DNA of 20,000 bases from an uncultured virus (IMG/VR IMGVR_UViG_3300029787_000028) (IMGVR_UViG_3300029787_000028:45138-65137), one strand, 5' to 3'; positions 1-8,071 are shown, counted from the first letter of the stretch. Program-made: numbers and translations. Notes: generated from the sequence alone by a model not told the origin.

Positions 1-210
1 ATGGGCAGCGATGTCAAGCTGGCTAAGCTTATCAGACCAGTCACTTTGATCGCATTGATGAGCATGTTTATGGTGACTATGTTTATAGACAGCATGGACA
101 ACGTCGCATTTAACGTCAAGGATTCTTATGTAGATTTGTTGCAGGTTTTAATGCTAACAGCATTTGGTGCATACTTTGCTGGTCGCACCATAGAAAAGGC
201 AAAAAAGTAA
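1..210 (+). CDS. Putative holin (3TM/GTA-type holin-like), probably 5'-truncated by the window edge
   Basis: SDxKLAKLIRPVTLI...AYFAGRTIEK with two hydrophobic segments and a basic C-terminus. This resembles the SD-x-LSKNIRP...YFGGRS-EK pattern of 3TM phage/GTA holins. Confidence 0.7.
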   Translation: MGSDVKLAKLIRPVTLIALMSMFMVTMFIDSMDNVAFNVKDSYVDLLQVLMLTAFGAYFAGRTIEKAKK

Positions 211-213
211 GTC

Positions 214-1038
214 ATGAAAGTCAGGTATGAACATGGTGGTGAGCACGATCCAATCAAGCAGATCTTAGCAAATCAGTTGGCGGCTGACAGGGCAGACCTT
301 GGCTTTTCTGCAAGCCCCTCAATGCAGTTGTATGGGTTTGAAGATGGGCCCGTCAACATGAGACCAGACTTGCTCTTAGATGTTTTGGGTGGGCCTGCAA
401 CGGTTAAGGCAGGTGTCCAGGGCATCAGACAACTCATGAAAAAAAGCCCAGAGCTTTACAAAAAGTTGATGGGATCTGGAACTAAAGTAGTAGATGATGC
501 TGCAAAGCAGGGTGGATTTGATCCCACAGATATTGCTGCTTTGAGGAAAGATGGGGTTTCTGAAGAAGAGATCATGAAGCTTGTGAAGGGCCCCCAAACA
601 AAGATGACAAAGAAAACTGCTGACAACACTCAGGCTTACATAGAGCGCATGAAGAAGCAGAAGGTTCAGAATCAAGCCAACAGAGCTCTAAGAGAAGCGG
701 CACGGGACGAATCTCAGCAATTCATAAATATGCAAAGAAGACTTAGCGAACTTGGGATGGAGGCTGCGGAAGCAGAAAAGATTGCACAAAAAATCTTCAA
801 AGAAAACGTAGATGACATCTTTACTCAGGCAAGAATAGATGACATGGTGCTTGGTAAGGGTGATCAACTGGCGAAACAGCTTGGACCCACTATGCAGGAG
901 CTGTACAAAACAAACAGGGGTGTGTTCGATGCCATTTATAATGAGCTCATCCAGCCTGTTACATCTAAAAAAATAAGCGGCGCGGTGAACCCACGCATGA
1001 ATCAGTTTGGTGGCAAGATAAATGTGAGAAAGGCATGA
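214..1038 (+). CDS. Hypothetical helical protein with N-terminal RYEHGGEHD motif, possible internal virion/ejected protein
   Basis: 274-aa ORF rich in K/Q/E/A. N-terminal YEHGG and C-terminal QFGG motifs. The stop overlaps the next start (ATGA). Confidence 0.6.
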   Translation: MKVRYEHGGEHDPIKQILANQLAADRADLGFSASPSMQLYGFEDGPVNMRPDLLLDVLGGPATVKAGVQGIRQLMKKSPELYKKLMGSGTKVVDDAAKQGGFDPTDIAALRKDGVSEEEIMKLVKGPQTKMTKKTADNTQAYIERMKKQKVQNQANRALREAARDESQQFINMQRRLSELGMEAAEAEKIAQKIFKENVDDIFTQARIDDMVLGKGDQLAKQLGPTMQELYKTNRGVFDAIYNELIQPVTSKKISGAVNPRMNQFGGKINVRKA

Positions 1039-3176
1039 GGTGTTTGTTGTTTATGCTTCTCCCTTTGTTTGCTACTGCTCAGACAGGGTGGGTCTCTATC
1101 TCTATACAGGGTGATGCATACGGCAACGAAACCACATGGCTACTTCGTGATTCCAGCGACGCAATTGTTGCAGGATCTGCACCCCTGCAGGGGGAGTATC
1201 CCTATGTTGAGGCTTTTCTTCCTCTGCCTGTAGGTGATTACACCTTTACTATCTACGACTCTTTTGGTGATGGCATTTGCTGTGACTTTGGTGAGGGTTG
1301 GTTCTCAATCAACACTTGCGTCTTAGACACCACGGTGTACGACTTCAACGCCTCAGAGCAAACCATTCCGTTTGAGGTGCTGGCATGCCCCCCACCAATC
1401 TTTGGATGCATGCAGCAGGGAGCTCTGAACTACCATCCCTGGGCAACCGCCCCTGCACCCTGCGACTTCCCTCCTGTACAATGCGAAGAAGGATACAACA
1501 ACATCCTTGTCACAGTTACGCCTGATACTTATGCAGCTGAGATCAGCTGGGATCTAATCACAATCCCAGATGGTGAGGTCATTGCAGAGGGGTCAGGCTA
1601 TTCTATTGTAGGGGCTCCCATTGTAGAGGCTGTATGTCTGCCCATTAGTTCAGAGTTCAAGGTAAACGTGTACGACACATTTGGTGACGGCATGTGTGGT
1701 AGCTGCTATGGCGGAGTGGATGGCAACCTACTTGTTTCCAACCTATGTGGAGAGACACTGTACTACGTAGGCGACACCACACAGTACGAAGTAGTGTCAA
1801 GTGATACTATCGTGATCGACCCATGCTTCCCGCCCATACCTCAGGGATGCACAGACTCGTGGTTTACAGAGTATGACCCTGGTGCTGTTATCGACGACGG
1901 TAGCTGCCAGACAGAAGTGATATTGGGATGCACTGATCCTCAAGCAATTAACTTCAACGAGGATGCCAACACACTAGAGACAGAGAACAACTGTGACTTT
2001 ACTCTGACACTTACAGACGGCGCAGGCGATGGATGGTTTGGCAGCTGGATTGGCGTGCAGCAAGGTGACGAGATCTGGGGGCCTCTTACGATGCATCCTA
2101 ACGATGAGTTTGAGAAAGAGATTCAGATTCCCCTTTACTCTGGAGAGGCAGTCAGGGTCATGTTCTTTACGCAGGGCAACGCTGAGACAACAGCTTCACA
2201 GTGTGGTTTCTACTTCGATGGACCCAACGGTGTATTCATGGAAGGCGGAACCAACCCATGGTCAGACGCCATCAAAAAGTTTCCGTTCAAGTACGATGGT
2301 GTGCCTGTGTGCGGAGACTTCTGCGAGCCTGCTATCATGGGCTGCACGCTTAGCTTCGCCTGCGACTACAACCCTGAAGCAAACGTTGACGGTGACTGCA
2401 CGTTTCCTATCGAGTACTATGGATGCGACAACGAGTGCATCAACGATGCTGACGGCGATGGAGTCTGTGATGAGCTGGAGGTCGAGGGGTGTCAGGACTC
2501 AGAGGCATACAACTACAACGAGGATGCCACTGATCCAGCTGATTGTGAGGACGTTGTGTTTGGGTGTACAGATCCCATCATGTTTAACTACAATGAGGAG
2601 GCGAACACTGAGAACAACAGCTGCGTGCCGTTCATCTACGGATGTACGATCCCTGAGGCACTGAACTACGACCCTACTGCCAACACCAACAACGGTAGCT
2701 GCGAGCTACCCATGCCTGGGTGTATGGACCCTGACGCTGCCAACTACAACGTGTACGCCAACGTACCTGCGAACGAGGACTGCCTGTATGATGCGGGGTG
2801 CATCACTGGTCCTGGCGAACCATACTGGGCCAACGACTACTGCTACTCGTGGGTGATTGAGGTTGATCCCTACTGCTGTGAGGTAGGATGGGATGCCGTT
2901 TGCATTGAGATGCACGAGTACTGCAGCCAGGGTGTAACCAATGTCGAGGCTCTGGGCTACAACTCAATTCAGATATGGCCCAACCCAACATCTGGTGTGC
3001 TCAACTTCCAGGCCCCCGCAGAAGCATTTGCAGACGTTTACAGCCACTCTGGGCAGCTTCTGATGTCATGGCAAGGAGATAGAGAGATAGACCTTACATC
3101 GCTGCCTAACGGCTTGTATGAGATTGTCATCAACTACAAGGGCAGAATTAGGGTTGAAAGAATCGTGAAGCAATGA
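1035..3176 (+). CDS. Secreted Cys-rich repeat protein with C-terminal T9SS type-A sorting domain
   Basis: Signal peptide MRCLLFMLLPLFATA|Q. Repeated YDxFGDG-type modules. Eight GCxDxxAxNYxxxA...C-type repeats and a DADGDGVCDE Ca-binding-like motif. C-terminus IWPNPTSG...IDLTSLPNGLYEIVINYKGRIRVERIVKQ matches the Por secretion tail pattern (YPNP...LxxGxY...KxxK). Confidence 0.85.
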   Translation: MRCLLFMLLPLFATAQTGWVSISIQGDAYGNETTWLLRDSSDAIVAGSAPLQGEYPYVEAFLPLPVGDYTFTIYDSFGDGICCDFGEGWFSINTCVLDTTVYDFNASEQTIPFEVLACPPPIFGCMQQGALNYHPWATAPAPCDFPPVQCEEGYNNILVTVTPDTYAAEISWDLITIPDGEVIAEGSGYSIVGAPIVEAVCLPISSEFKVNVYDTFGDGMCGSCYGGVDGNLLVSNLCGETLYYVGDTTQYEVVSSDTIVIDPCFPPIPQGCTDSWFTEYDPGAVIDDGSCQTEVILGCTDPQAINFNEDANTLETENNCDFTLTLTDGAGDGWFGSWIGVQQGDEIWGPLTMHPNDEFEKEIQIPLYSGEAVRVMFFTQGNAETTASQCGFYFDGPNGVFMEGGTNPWSDAIKKFPFKYDGVPVCGDFCEPAIMGCTLSFACDYNPEANVDGDCTFPIEYYGCDNECINDADGDGVCDELEVEGCQDSEAYNYNEDATDPADCEDVVFGCTDPIMFNYNEEANTENNSCVPFIYGCTIPEALNYDPTANTNNGSCELPMPGCMDPDAANYNVYANVPANEDCLYDAGCITGPGEPYWANDYCYSWVIEVDPYCCEVGWDAVCIEMHEYCSQGVTNVEALGYNSIQIWPNPTSGVLNFQAPAEAFADVYSHSGQLLMSWQGDREIDLTSLPNGLYEIVINYKGRIRVERIVKQ

Positions 3177-4207
3177 GATACCTCGCAACCACATTGCTGT
3201 TGTTGATCACCTTCAACGTGTCAGCACAGGCAGTAAAGAAAGCATTTAAGTTTGCCACCTTCTACACCGCCTTCAGTGGTGGTAACTCCCTGTCAGACAG
3301 AGAGGTCTTTTCTGTGGCCAACGGCTTGCAAACTGACATTGTAGAAACTCCGTTTGACTTTGCCCTTACTGCAGGCGTTCGCAAGATCGCACGCTTTGGA
3401 TACGAGAACAGAGCCAACACATTCTACAACGGAACAGAGAAGTCTTACGGAGACGCCGCCACCATTGGTAAGGTGAGTGGCTTTGAGTTCTTGTTCGAGG
3501 GAGACTACAGGAGACAGCAAGGGGTCAACTACCTAGACCAAGACTACTTCCTTAGGTATGTGGCTGACAAGTGGATCACCAAGGTGGAGTTCCTGCAGGA
3601 TGGATTCGCTGACGTCAGGTACTTCGAGGCATCCCAGAGAGCCAGGGTCAAGCTTGGTAAGCTGTCCCTCAACGCTGGAATCATGCAGAGATTGTCAGAA
3701 CCCTATGGTTACGATCCTTTGAACGAGTGGTTGCTAGACAACAATCAACTTCATTTTACTTCACTCGCTCTGCAAGAGGGATACGATATTGATGTGAACA
3801 CAGGTGAGTTCTTCAGCCCTGATGGGACACTCGTTGCTAGTAGCTACGAGGTGTGGGAGGAAGTTGTTATCCCCCAGGCGCTCGAAGATTACGTGAGCAA
3901 GAAGCGTGGAGAACTGGACAATCAATGGGTTCATTCTGTGGTGGTTGGCTTTGACTACTATCACTTCACCAAGAACTTTTGGGTGCATAGCTGGGCCAAC
4001 CTGATCCCCTACCACCTAGACACAGATGGAGAGTACTCGTATCATAGGTTTGTTAACAGCGGGCAGTGGATAGACTACTCTGGGGGTCTTATATTTGGTA
4101 AGAGGTTCAATAAAAGTTTTGGTGTATTCGCAGAGGGTAAGTATCATAAGTACTGGGACAGGTCATGGCACGACTTCTCTCTGGGAATCAACTATGTAAT
4201 AATTTGA
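3173..4207 (+). CDS. Predicted outer-membrane beta-barrel protein of unknown family
   Basis: Signal peptide ending VSA|Q. Aromatic-rich alternating strands (GFEFLFEGDY, KWITKVEF, SVVVGFDYY, SFGVFAEGKY). The terminal strand FSLGINYVII resembles a BAM beta-signal. Coupled to the upstream gene by ATGA. Confidence 0.65.
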   Translation: MRYLATTLLLLITFNVSAQAVKKAFKFATFYTAFSGGNSLSDREVFSVANGLQTDIVETPFDFALTAGVRKIARFGYENRANTFYNGTEKSYGDAATIGKVSGFEFLFEGDYRRQQGVNYLDQDYFLRYVADKWITKVEFLQDGFADVRYFEASQRARVKLGKLSLNAGIMQRLSEPYGYDPLNEWLLDNNQLHFTSLALQEGYDIDVNTGEFFSPDGTLVASSYEVWEEVVIPQALEDYVSKKRGELDNQWVHSVVVGFDYYHFTKNFWVHSWANLIPYHLDTDGEYSYHRFVNSGQWIDYSGGLIFGKRFNKSFGVFAEGKYHKYWDRSWHDFSLGINYVII

Positions 4208-4208
4208 T

Positions 4209-4493
4209 ATGGCTCAGCAGATAGGGGAGGATACGAAGATCACACTAGACCTAAAGACCATAGGTATGGCAGCCGCAGGGATTGGCACAATCGTAGCCAT
4301 GTGGTTCGCCCTGCAAGCAGACATCGCAGAGGCAAAGGAACTGCCTGTCCCCCCATCTCCAGATATCACGCGCATGGAGTTTGACATGAAGGATCAGCTA
4401 GTCCGTCAGACAATCATGAGTACACAAGAGGATATCACTGAGATAAAAGAAGACATTAAGCGTATCGAAGAAAAAATAGATCAACTCAGATGA
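4209..4493 (+). CDS. Small single-pass membrane protein with C-terminal coiled coil
   Basis: TM segment TIGMAAAGIGTIVAMWFAL, Pro linker LPVPPSP, heptad tail ITEIKEDIKRIEEKIDQLR. Starts 1 bp after the upstream stop. Confidence 0.75.
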   Translation: MAQQIGEDTKITLDLKTIGMAAAGIGTIVAMWFALQADIAEAKELPVPPSPDITRMEFDMKDQLVRQTIMSTQEDITEIKEDIKRIEEKIDQLR

Positions 4494-4496
4494 CCT

Positions 4497-4859
4497 ATGA
4501 AAGCTTTAGCCACCTGCATACTAATCTTACTTTTTTCCGCCGCAACATACGTTTCTGTACCTGCAGAGGATGAAGTTTGTGAATCAGGTATTTGCGTAGT
4601 AGAGTTTAACGCGAGCTTCAATGCTCAAAACAGTGTAGAATGGATCGAAAGCCTCAGCGACTGCGTCACAAACCGTGTAGACATTGCCTCTGCACCAAGC
4701 CTTCAGCAGGAGCACAAGATTGTGGTAGTACCCACGATCGTTGTATTCAACGAGGGAGAGGAGGTGAAGAGATTTCAGGCGAACATCATGATGACGATGG
4801 AGGCCAGCAAGGATGACGTACAGGGGGCCATCGACGAAATATTGATGAGCGACTTCTAA
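4497..4859 (+). CDS. Exported thioredoxin-fold protein lacking canonical CxxC
   Basis: Signal peptide. VVEFNASFN sits where Trx has VVDFWAxWC. RVDI strand, and IVVVPTIVVFNEGEEVKRF matching the Trx cis-Pro/C-terminal motif (xPTxxxFKxGxxVxR). Confidence 0.7.
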   Translation: MKALATCILILLFSAATYVSVPAEDEVCESGICVVEFNASFNAQNSVEWIESLSDCVTNRVDIASAPSLQQEHKIVVVPTIVVFNEGEEVKRFQANIMMTMEASKDDVQGAIDEILMSDF

Positions 4860-4860
4860 C

Positions 4861-5364
4861 TCAGTATTTTTTATCGTACTCCCAAACTCTGTATGACACC
4901 AGAGTCTTGATGTCGTGAAGCTTGAGAAGAGAGATGACGTCTTTCTTCCCCTCCCTTGTGTATCTCTTTAGGTAGGCGTTCTTGTACTTGGTAACTGCCT
5001 CGTCAGAGACGTGCTTCTCGCAAAAGAATGCCAGCTCTTGCCTGTCTACTATGACAAACCCCCCTTCTTCTGGCATGTCGAACGCGATGATGGTGGCACC
5101 ACCGTATAACCAACCTTTGTTCCCTCTCACGTTTGTAAACTCACACCAGATTTGATCTGGAAGGTTGTTGCCCTTGACATCGACACCCCACCGCTTGCCT
5201 GCTGGCGACATAGCCAACCAGTAGTCGATATGCTCATGCATATCCTCCGTGTGACTGGACTTGGTGACCAACAGCCCCTTGTGTCTGGCTGCCCTGAGAA
5301 ACCTTATCTCTGCGACCCTGCCAGTGCTTGACTGATACTCACTGCGACTTGGCTTGATGTTCAT
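4861..5364 (-). CDS. Putative PD-(D/E)xK-family nuclease (phage protein)
   Basis: GRVAE...HIDYW...VDVKG motif spacing, followed by WxEF..NVRGNKGWLYG. Convergent with the + arm across a 1-bp gap. Confidence 0.6.
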   Translation of the reverse strand: MNIKPSRSEYQSSTGRVAEIRFLRAARHKGLLVTKSSHTEDMHEHIDYWLAMSPAGKRWGVDVKGNNLPDQIWCEFTNVRGNKGWLYGGATIIAFDMPEEGGFVIVDRQELAFFCEKHVSDEAVTKYKNAYLKRYTREGKKDVISLLKLHDIKTLVSYRVWEYDKKY

Positions 5365-5557
5365 CGATCAGAGTTTTAATCAGGTCAAGCTCCTGATAAA
5401 TTTTGCTTTTGCTTTCGAGCACCTCTCGATACACCTTTTCAAAGTCCTCTTGTGGATAACCCTGGTTGTCGTGTATGGCTTCATACAAGTCATCTACGAC
5501 CTCATGGATGCGGTCGCAGGCAAAGTGATACATCCAACTAAGCTCAGATCTCTCCAT
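5339..5557 (-). CDS. Hypothetical protein
   Basis: 72-aa ORF overlapping both neighbours in the co-directional operon. Confidence 0.6.
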   Translation of the reverse strand: MERSELSWMYHFACDRIHEVVDDLYEAIHDNQGYPQEDFEKVYREVLESKSKIYQELDLIKTLIDEHQAKSQ

Positions 5558-5999
5558 TCTTAATAGATGCTAGTATTTCCTGGATGGCGTGGTCCACTTG
5601 CTCCCTGTTCTTAGCTAAAAATACAACATCTGGGGCCTGTTTCTCCACCAAATGTTTGAGGAACAGCTTCCATCTCATGGGGAAGTCATGATGCGATGGC
5701 AGATACCCTTTCGTTTCTATGACCCACGCATGATCCTTACCCACAAAATCAGGCTTGTATGTGATGGGCAGCACAACAGAACCTGTCTTGTCCGTCATGT
5801 GCTTTGCCCTAGCCGTCATCTTGAAGTACTTGTTGGGATATCGAAACTTGTCTTGCAGTTCGTAGGTGTGCTCTTCATAATCGAAAGCCAACCCATTCTG
5901 TTTCAGTTGATCCGCACAATACTTTTCGATTGCAGATGCGTATCTTCCCAAGCTTTTCTTTCGAGAGGTCTTTCTGCTCCTCTTCGCTTTCTTTCGCAT
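5544..5999 (-). CDS. T7 endonuclease I-like Holliday junction resolvase
   Basis: YASAIE...FDYE...ITYKPDF...VIETKG matches the endonuclease I pattern SxLE/YE/YxPDF/ExKG. Lies directly downstream of the primase-helicase. Confidence 0.8.
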   Translation of the reverse strand: MRKKAKRSRKTSRKKSLGRYASAIEKYCADQLKQNGLAFDYEEHTYELQDKFRYPNKYFKMTARAKHMTDKTGSVVLPITYKPDFVGKDHAWVIETKGYLPSHHDFPMRWKLFLKHLVEKQAPDVVFLAKNREQVDHAIQEILASIKNGEI

Positions 6000-6015
6000 G
6001 AGTCAATATACACCA

Positions 6016-7818
6016 TCAATCCTTCAAAAAGCTGGTGTTCAGTGGCATTTGTTTTTCACTCTCATTAAATGATAACGTGTCGAACAGTGGCTTCTGTGCT
6101 GCCCAGCTAGTAAATCCTGTATGTGATAGGTTCATAGTCATGCGGTAGGGCTCTTCCAGTGGCGTGGGTCTACCACCTGTCTCCGTCACCCTGACTTTCC
6201 TGACGTGGAACTCAGTCATCTTCCTGATGTTGTGGTCTGGAGACTGCACCTTCCTGTGAATCGTCACAAAGCAATCACACCTGTTCACAAACTTACCCCC
6301 TCCCTCTGTGTCCTCTGCGTATGGGGCGATGGGCAATCCGTCTGGGCCTTTGCGACGTTGAGCCTCTGTAAATGCGTGGGTGTTGACCCATACAGCGATG
6401 TCGTTAGCCTTGCTGAATGTCAAAAACTCTGATGCTGCCTCGTAGTGGTAGTCGTGTGGGGTGATGCTGCTGTTTCCAAGGTCCAACTTCAAGCTGTTGT
6501 ATGGGTCCACGAATATGCCATCGAGTCCACGCTCACGCATGATCTTCTCCATAAACAAGATGATGTCGCTGTAGCTATACACCTGGTTGTTGTTGATGAT
6601 CACAAAATGCTTCTGCACCCATTCGTATGCCATCGTTCGCTCGTGGTAATTCATGTCAGTCACCTTCTTGTTCATGGCAAACTGCATGAGCTCCATCTTC
6701 ACAGACGCCGTCTGGTTCTCGCTAGAATATATAGCCCACTTCCATCCGTGCTTGATTGCAGCGTTCACAATCATGTACAGCACCGTGGTTGTCTTTCCCA
6801 CATTGCTATGTCCATTGAGGATGACGAACTCCTTTTTGTACCTGAAGTATTCGTCCAACGCTTCATCCCCTGTGGGCAGTCCAAGCTCAATCAACCCCTG
6901 ACTGAAGTCATCAATCCACTTCCAGTCCACATCGTCTGATGCAATGAAGGACATGTCCCCATCATTCAACTGCATCTCCCTCTCTACTGACTGCTCCTCA
7001 CGCATCAGATCCCTGATGGGCATCAGCTTCCCGTGCTCAAGGCCATCACGTATCGTGTGCATAGCCTGAGACTCACTGTCAATGTCTCTCTTGGTTATTT
7101 CCCTGATGAGTACACGAACAGCCTCGTCCTCCTCAATGCGCCCAGCTGCAACGTATCCACCACAGAGCTTGGACGCTCTCAATAAACTCGCATGCTTGTC
7201 ACCGTCGTCAGCATGACGGATCATACGGGCCGCCAGGTTTAGGCGCATGTAATCTGTGTGATCCCCCTTGACCTCTATCTTCTCCTTCTCCTCCCTGTTT
7301 TCTACGAGCAGCCCAGCAAACTTTTCGTGATTTTCCTTGATCACAATATCTGGGTCGTATGACTCAAAGCAAGCACGAGATTCGTTGATGCCTGACTCAT
7401 CAACGTCCAACCCATACTGACTGTCAAAGTACTTTACTAGTGCTCTAAAATGATCCCTGTGTCTTTCAGGGTTGGTGATCTTCACCAGAGCCTTGACGCC
7501 ATGGCCACTGGGTGATACCCAACAGGACTGCACATAGTTGTCTGTCGCTAAGGATGTCTTGGTGCTGTCTACATCAACATGATCGAAGTCCAAAACGATA
7601 AAGCCAGAGTGCTCAAAGAGAGCTTCGTCAGCGCGTTCTGAAAACTCACCACTCCAACATACAACGGGTAGTTGCTTCTTCTTCTCAGTCTCTCCGTCTC
7701 TTACATCACTTATGGTCGTAATCGACTTCCCATCCTGAATCCTTGACAGTGCTTGTTGTAGACTGACGTGCCAGGGGTTGGTCTTGTCGTAGACGTTCTT
7801 GAATATTGTTACTTTCAT
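6016..7818 (-). CDS. Primase-helicase fusion: BT4734/VirE-N-like primase domain plus DnaB/RecA-like helicase
   Basis: N-terminal KKQLP..WSGEF...HSGFIVLDFDH...VSPSGHGVKALV...RACFESYDP. C-terminal LPTG..LD, Walker A GHSNVGKTT, YSSEN, Walker B IFVDPYN and VRKVR. Start taken as the ATG at 7818 (MKVTIF). Confidence 0.85.
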   Translation of the reverse strand: MKVTIFKNVYDKTNPWHVSLQQALSRIQDGKSITTISDVRDGETEKKKQLPVVCWSGEFSERADEALFEHSGFIVLDFDHVDVDSTKTSLATDNYVQSCWVSPSGHGVKALVKITNPERHRDHFRALVKYFDSQYGLDVDESGINESRACFESYDPDIVIKENHEKFAGLLVENREEKEKIEVKGDHTDYMRLNLAARMIRHADDGDKHASLLRASKLCGGYVAAGRIEEDEAVRVLIREITKRDIDSESQAMHTIRDGLEHGKLMPIRDLMREEQSVEREMQLNDGDMSFIASDDVDWKWIDDFSQGLIELGLPTGDEALDEYFRYKKEFVILNGHSNVGKTTTVLYMIVNAAIKHGWKWAIYSSENQTASVKMELMQFAMNKKVTDMNYHERTMAYEWVQKHFVIINNNQVYSYSDIILFMEKIMRERGLDGIFVDPYNSLKLDLGNSSITPHDYHYEAASEFLTFSKANDIAVWVNTHAFTEAQRRKGPDGLPIAPYAEDTEGGGKFVNRCDCFVTIHRKVQSPDHNIRKMTEFHVRKVRVTETGGRPTPLEEPYRMTMNLSHTGFTSWAAQKPLFDTLSFNESEKQMPLNTSFLKD

Positions 7819-8071
7819 TTTCCTTTGCAATCATGAGCAGGATCATATATCCTACGATGTCTTTAAGTGTGTCCTCCGTATCCTCTACGAGCCCACTGTT
7901 TTGTATCCGTTTTAGTTTTTCATCAATGCGAATCTTGATGCTGCTGCTCGCACTCGCTTGACTGAAAATACTCAGGGGGCTGAGGGCCGCGTCACCATAA
8001 GCTGCGTTCTTCTTCAGAAGCAAGCTTTTAATCTCCTCACACTTTTTCTTGATGCTGTCTTTTGTGCTCAT
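7706..8071 (-). CDS. Nucleotide-modification-associated domain 1 (Nmad1/DUF1599)-like protein
   Basis: KKNAAYGD...IRIDEKLKRI...EDTLKDIVGY signature of this all-alpha NTP-pyrophosphatase-like family. Confidence 0.7.
   Translation of the reverse strand: MSTKDSIKKKCEEIKSLLLKKNAAYGDAALSPLSIFSQASASSSIKIRIDEKLKRIQNSGLVEDTEDTLKDIVGYMILLMIAKENESNNIQERLRQDQPLARQSTTSTVKDSGWEVDYDHK

Noticed and set aside
2029..2664. 211-aa alternative-frame ORF inside the T9SS cargo gene
   Set aside because: Shadow frame with T/M/R-rich composition produced by GAC/AAC/GAT-rich codons of the real gene.
376..4015. Minus-strand ORFs (376-675, 2706-2915, 2803-2991, 3293-3520, 3761-4015)
   Set aside because: Antisense to well-supported + strand genes and without recognisable motifs.
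1035..4859. Host chromosomal DNA flanking a prophage
   Set aside because: The block is coupled by ATGA to the upstream phage-type gene after the holin, abuts the phage nuclease gene with a 1-bp gap, and shares the CCGR avoidance of the rest of the window.
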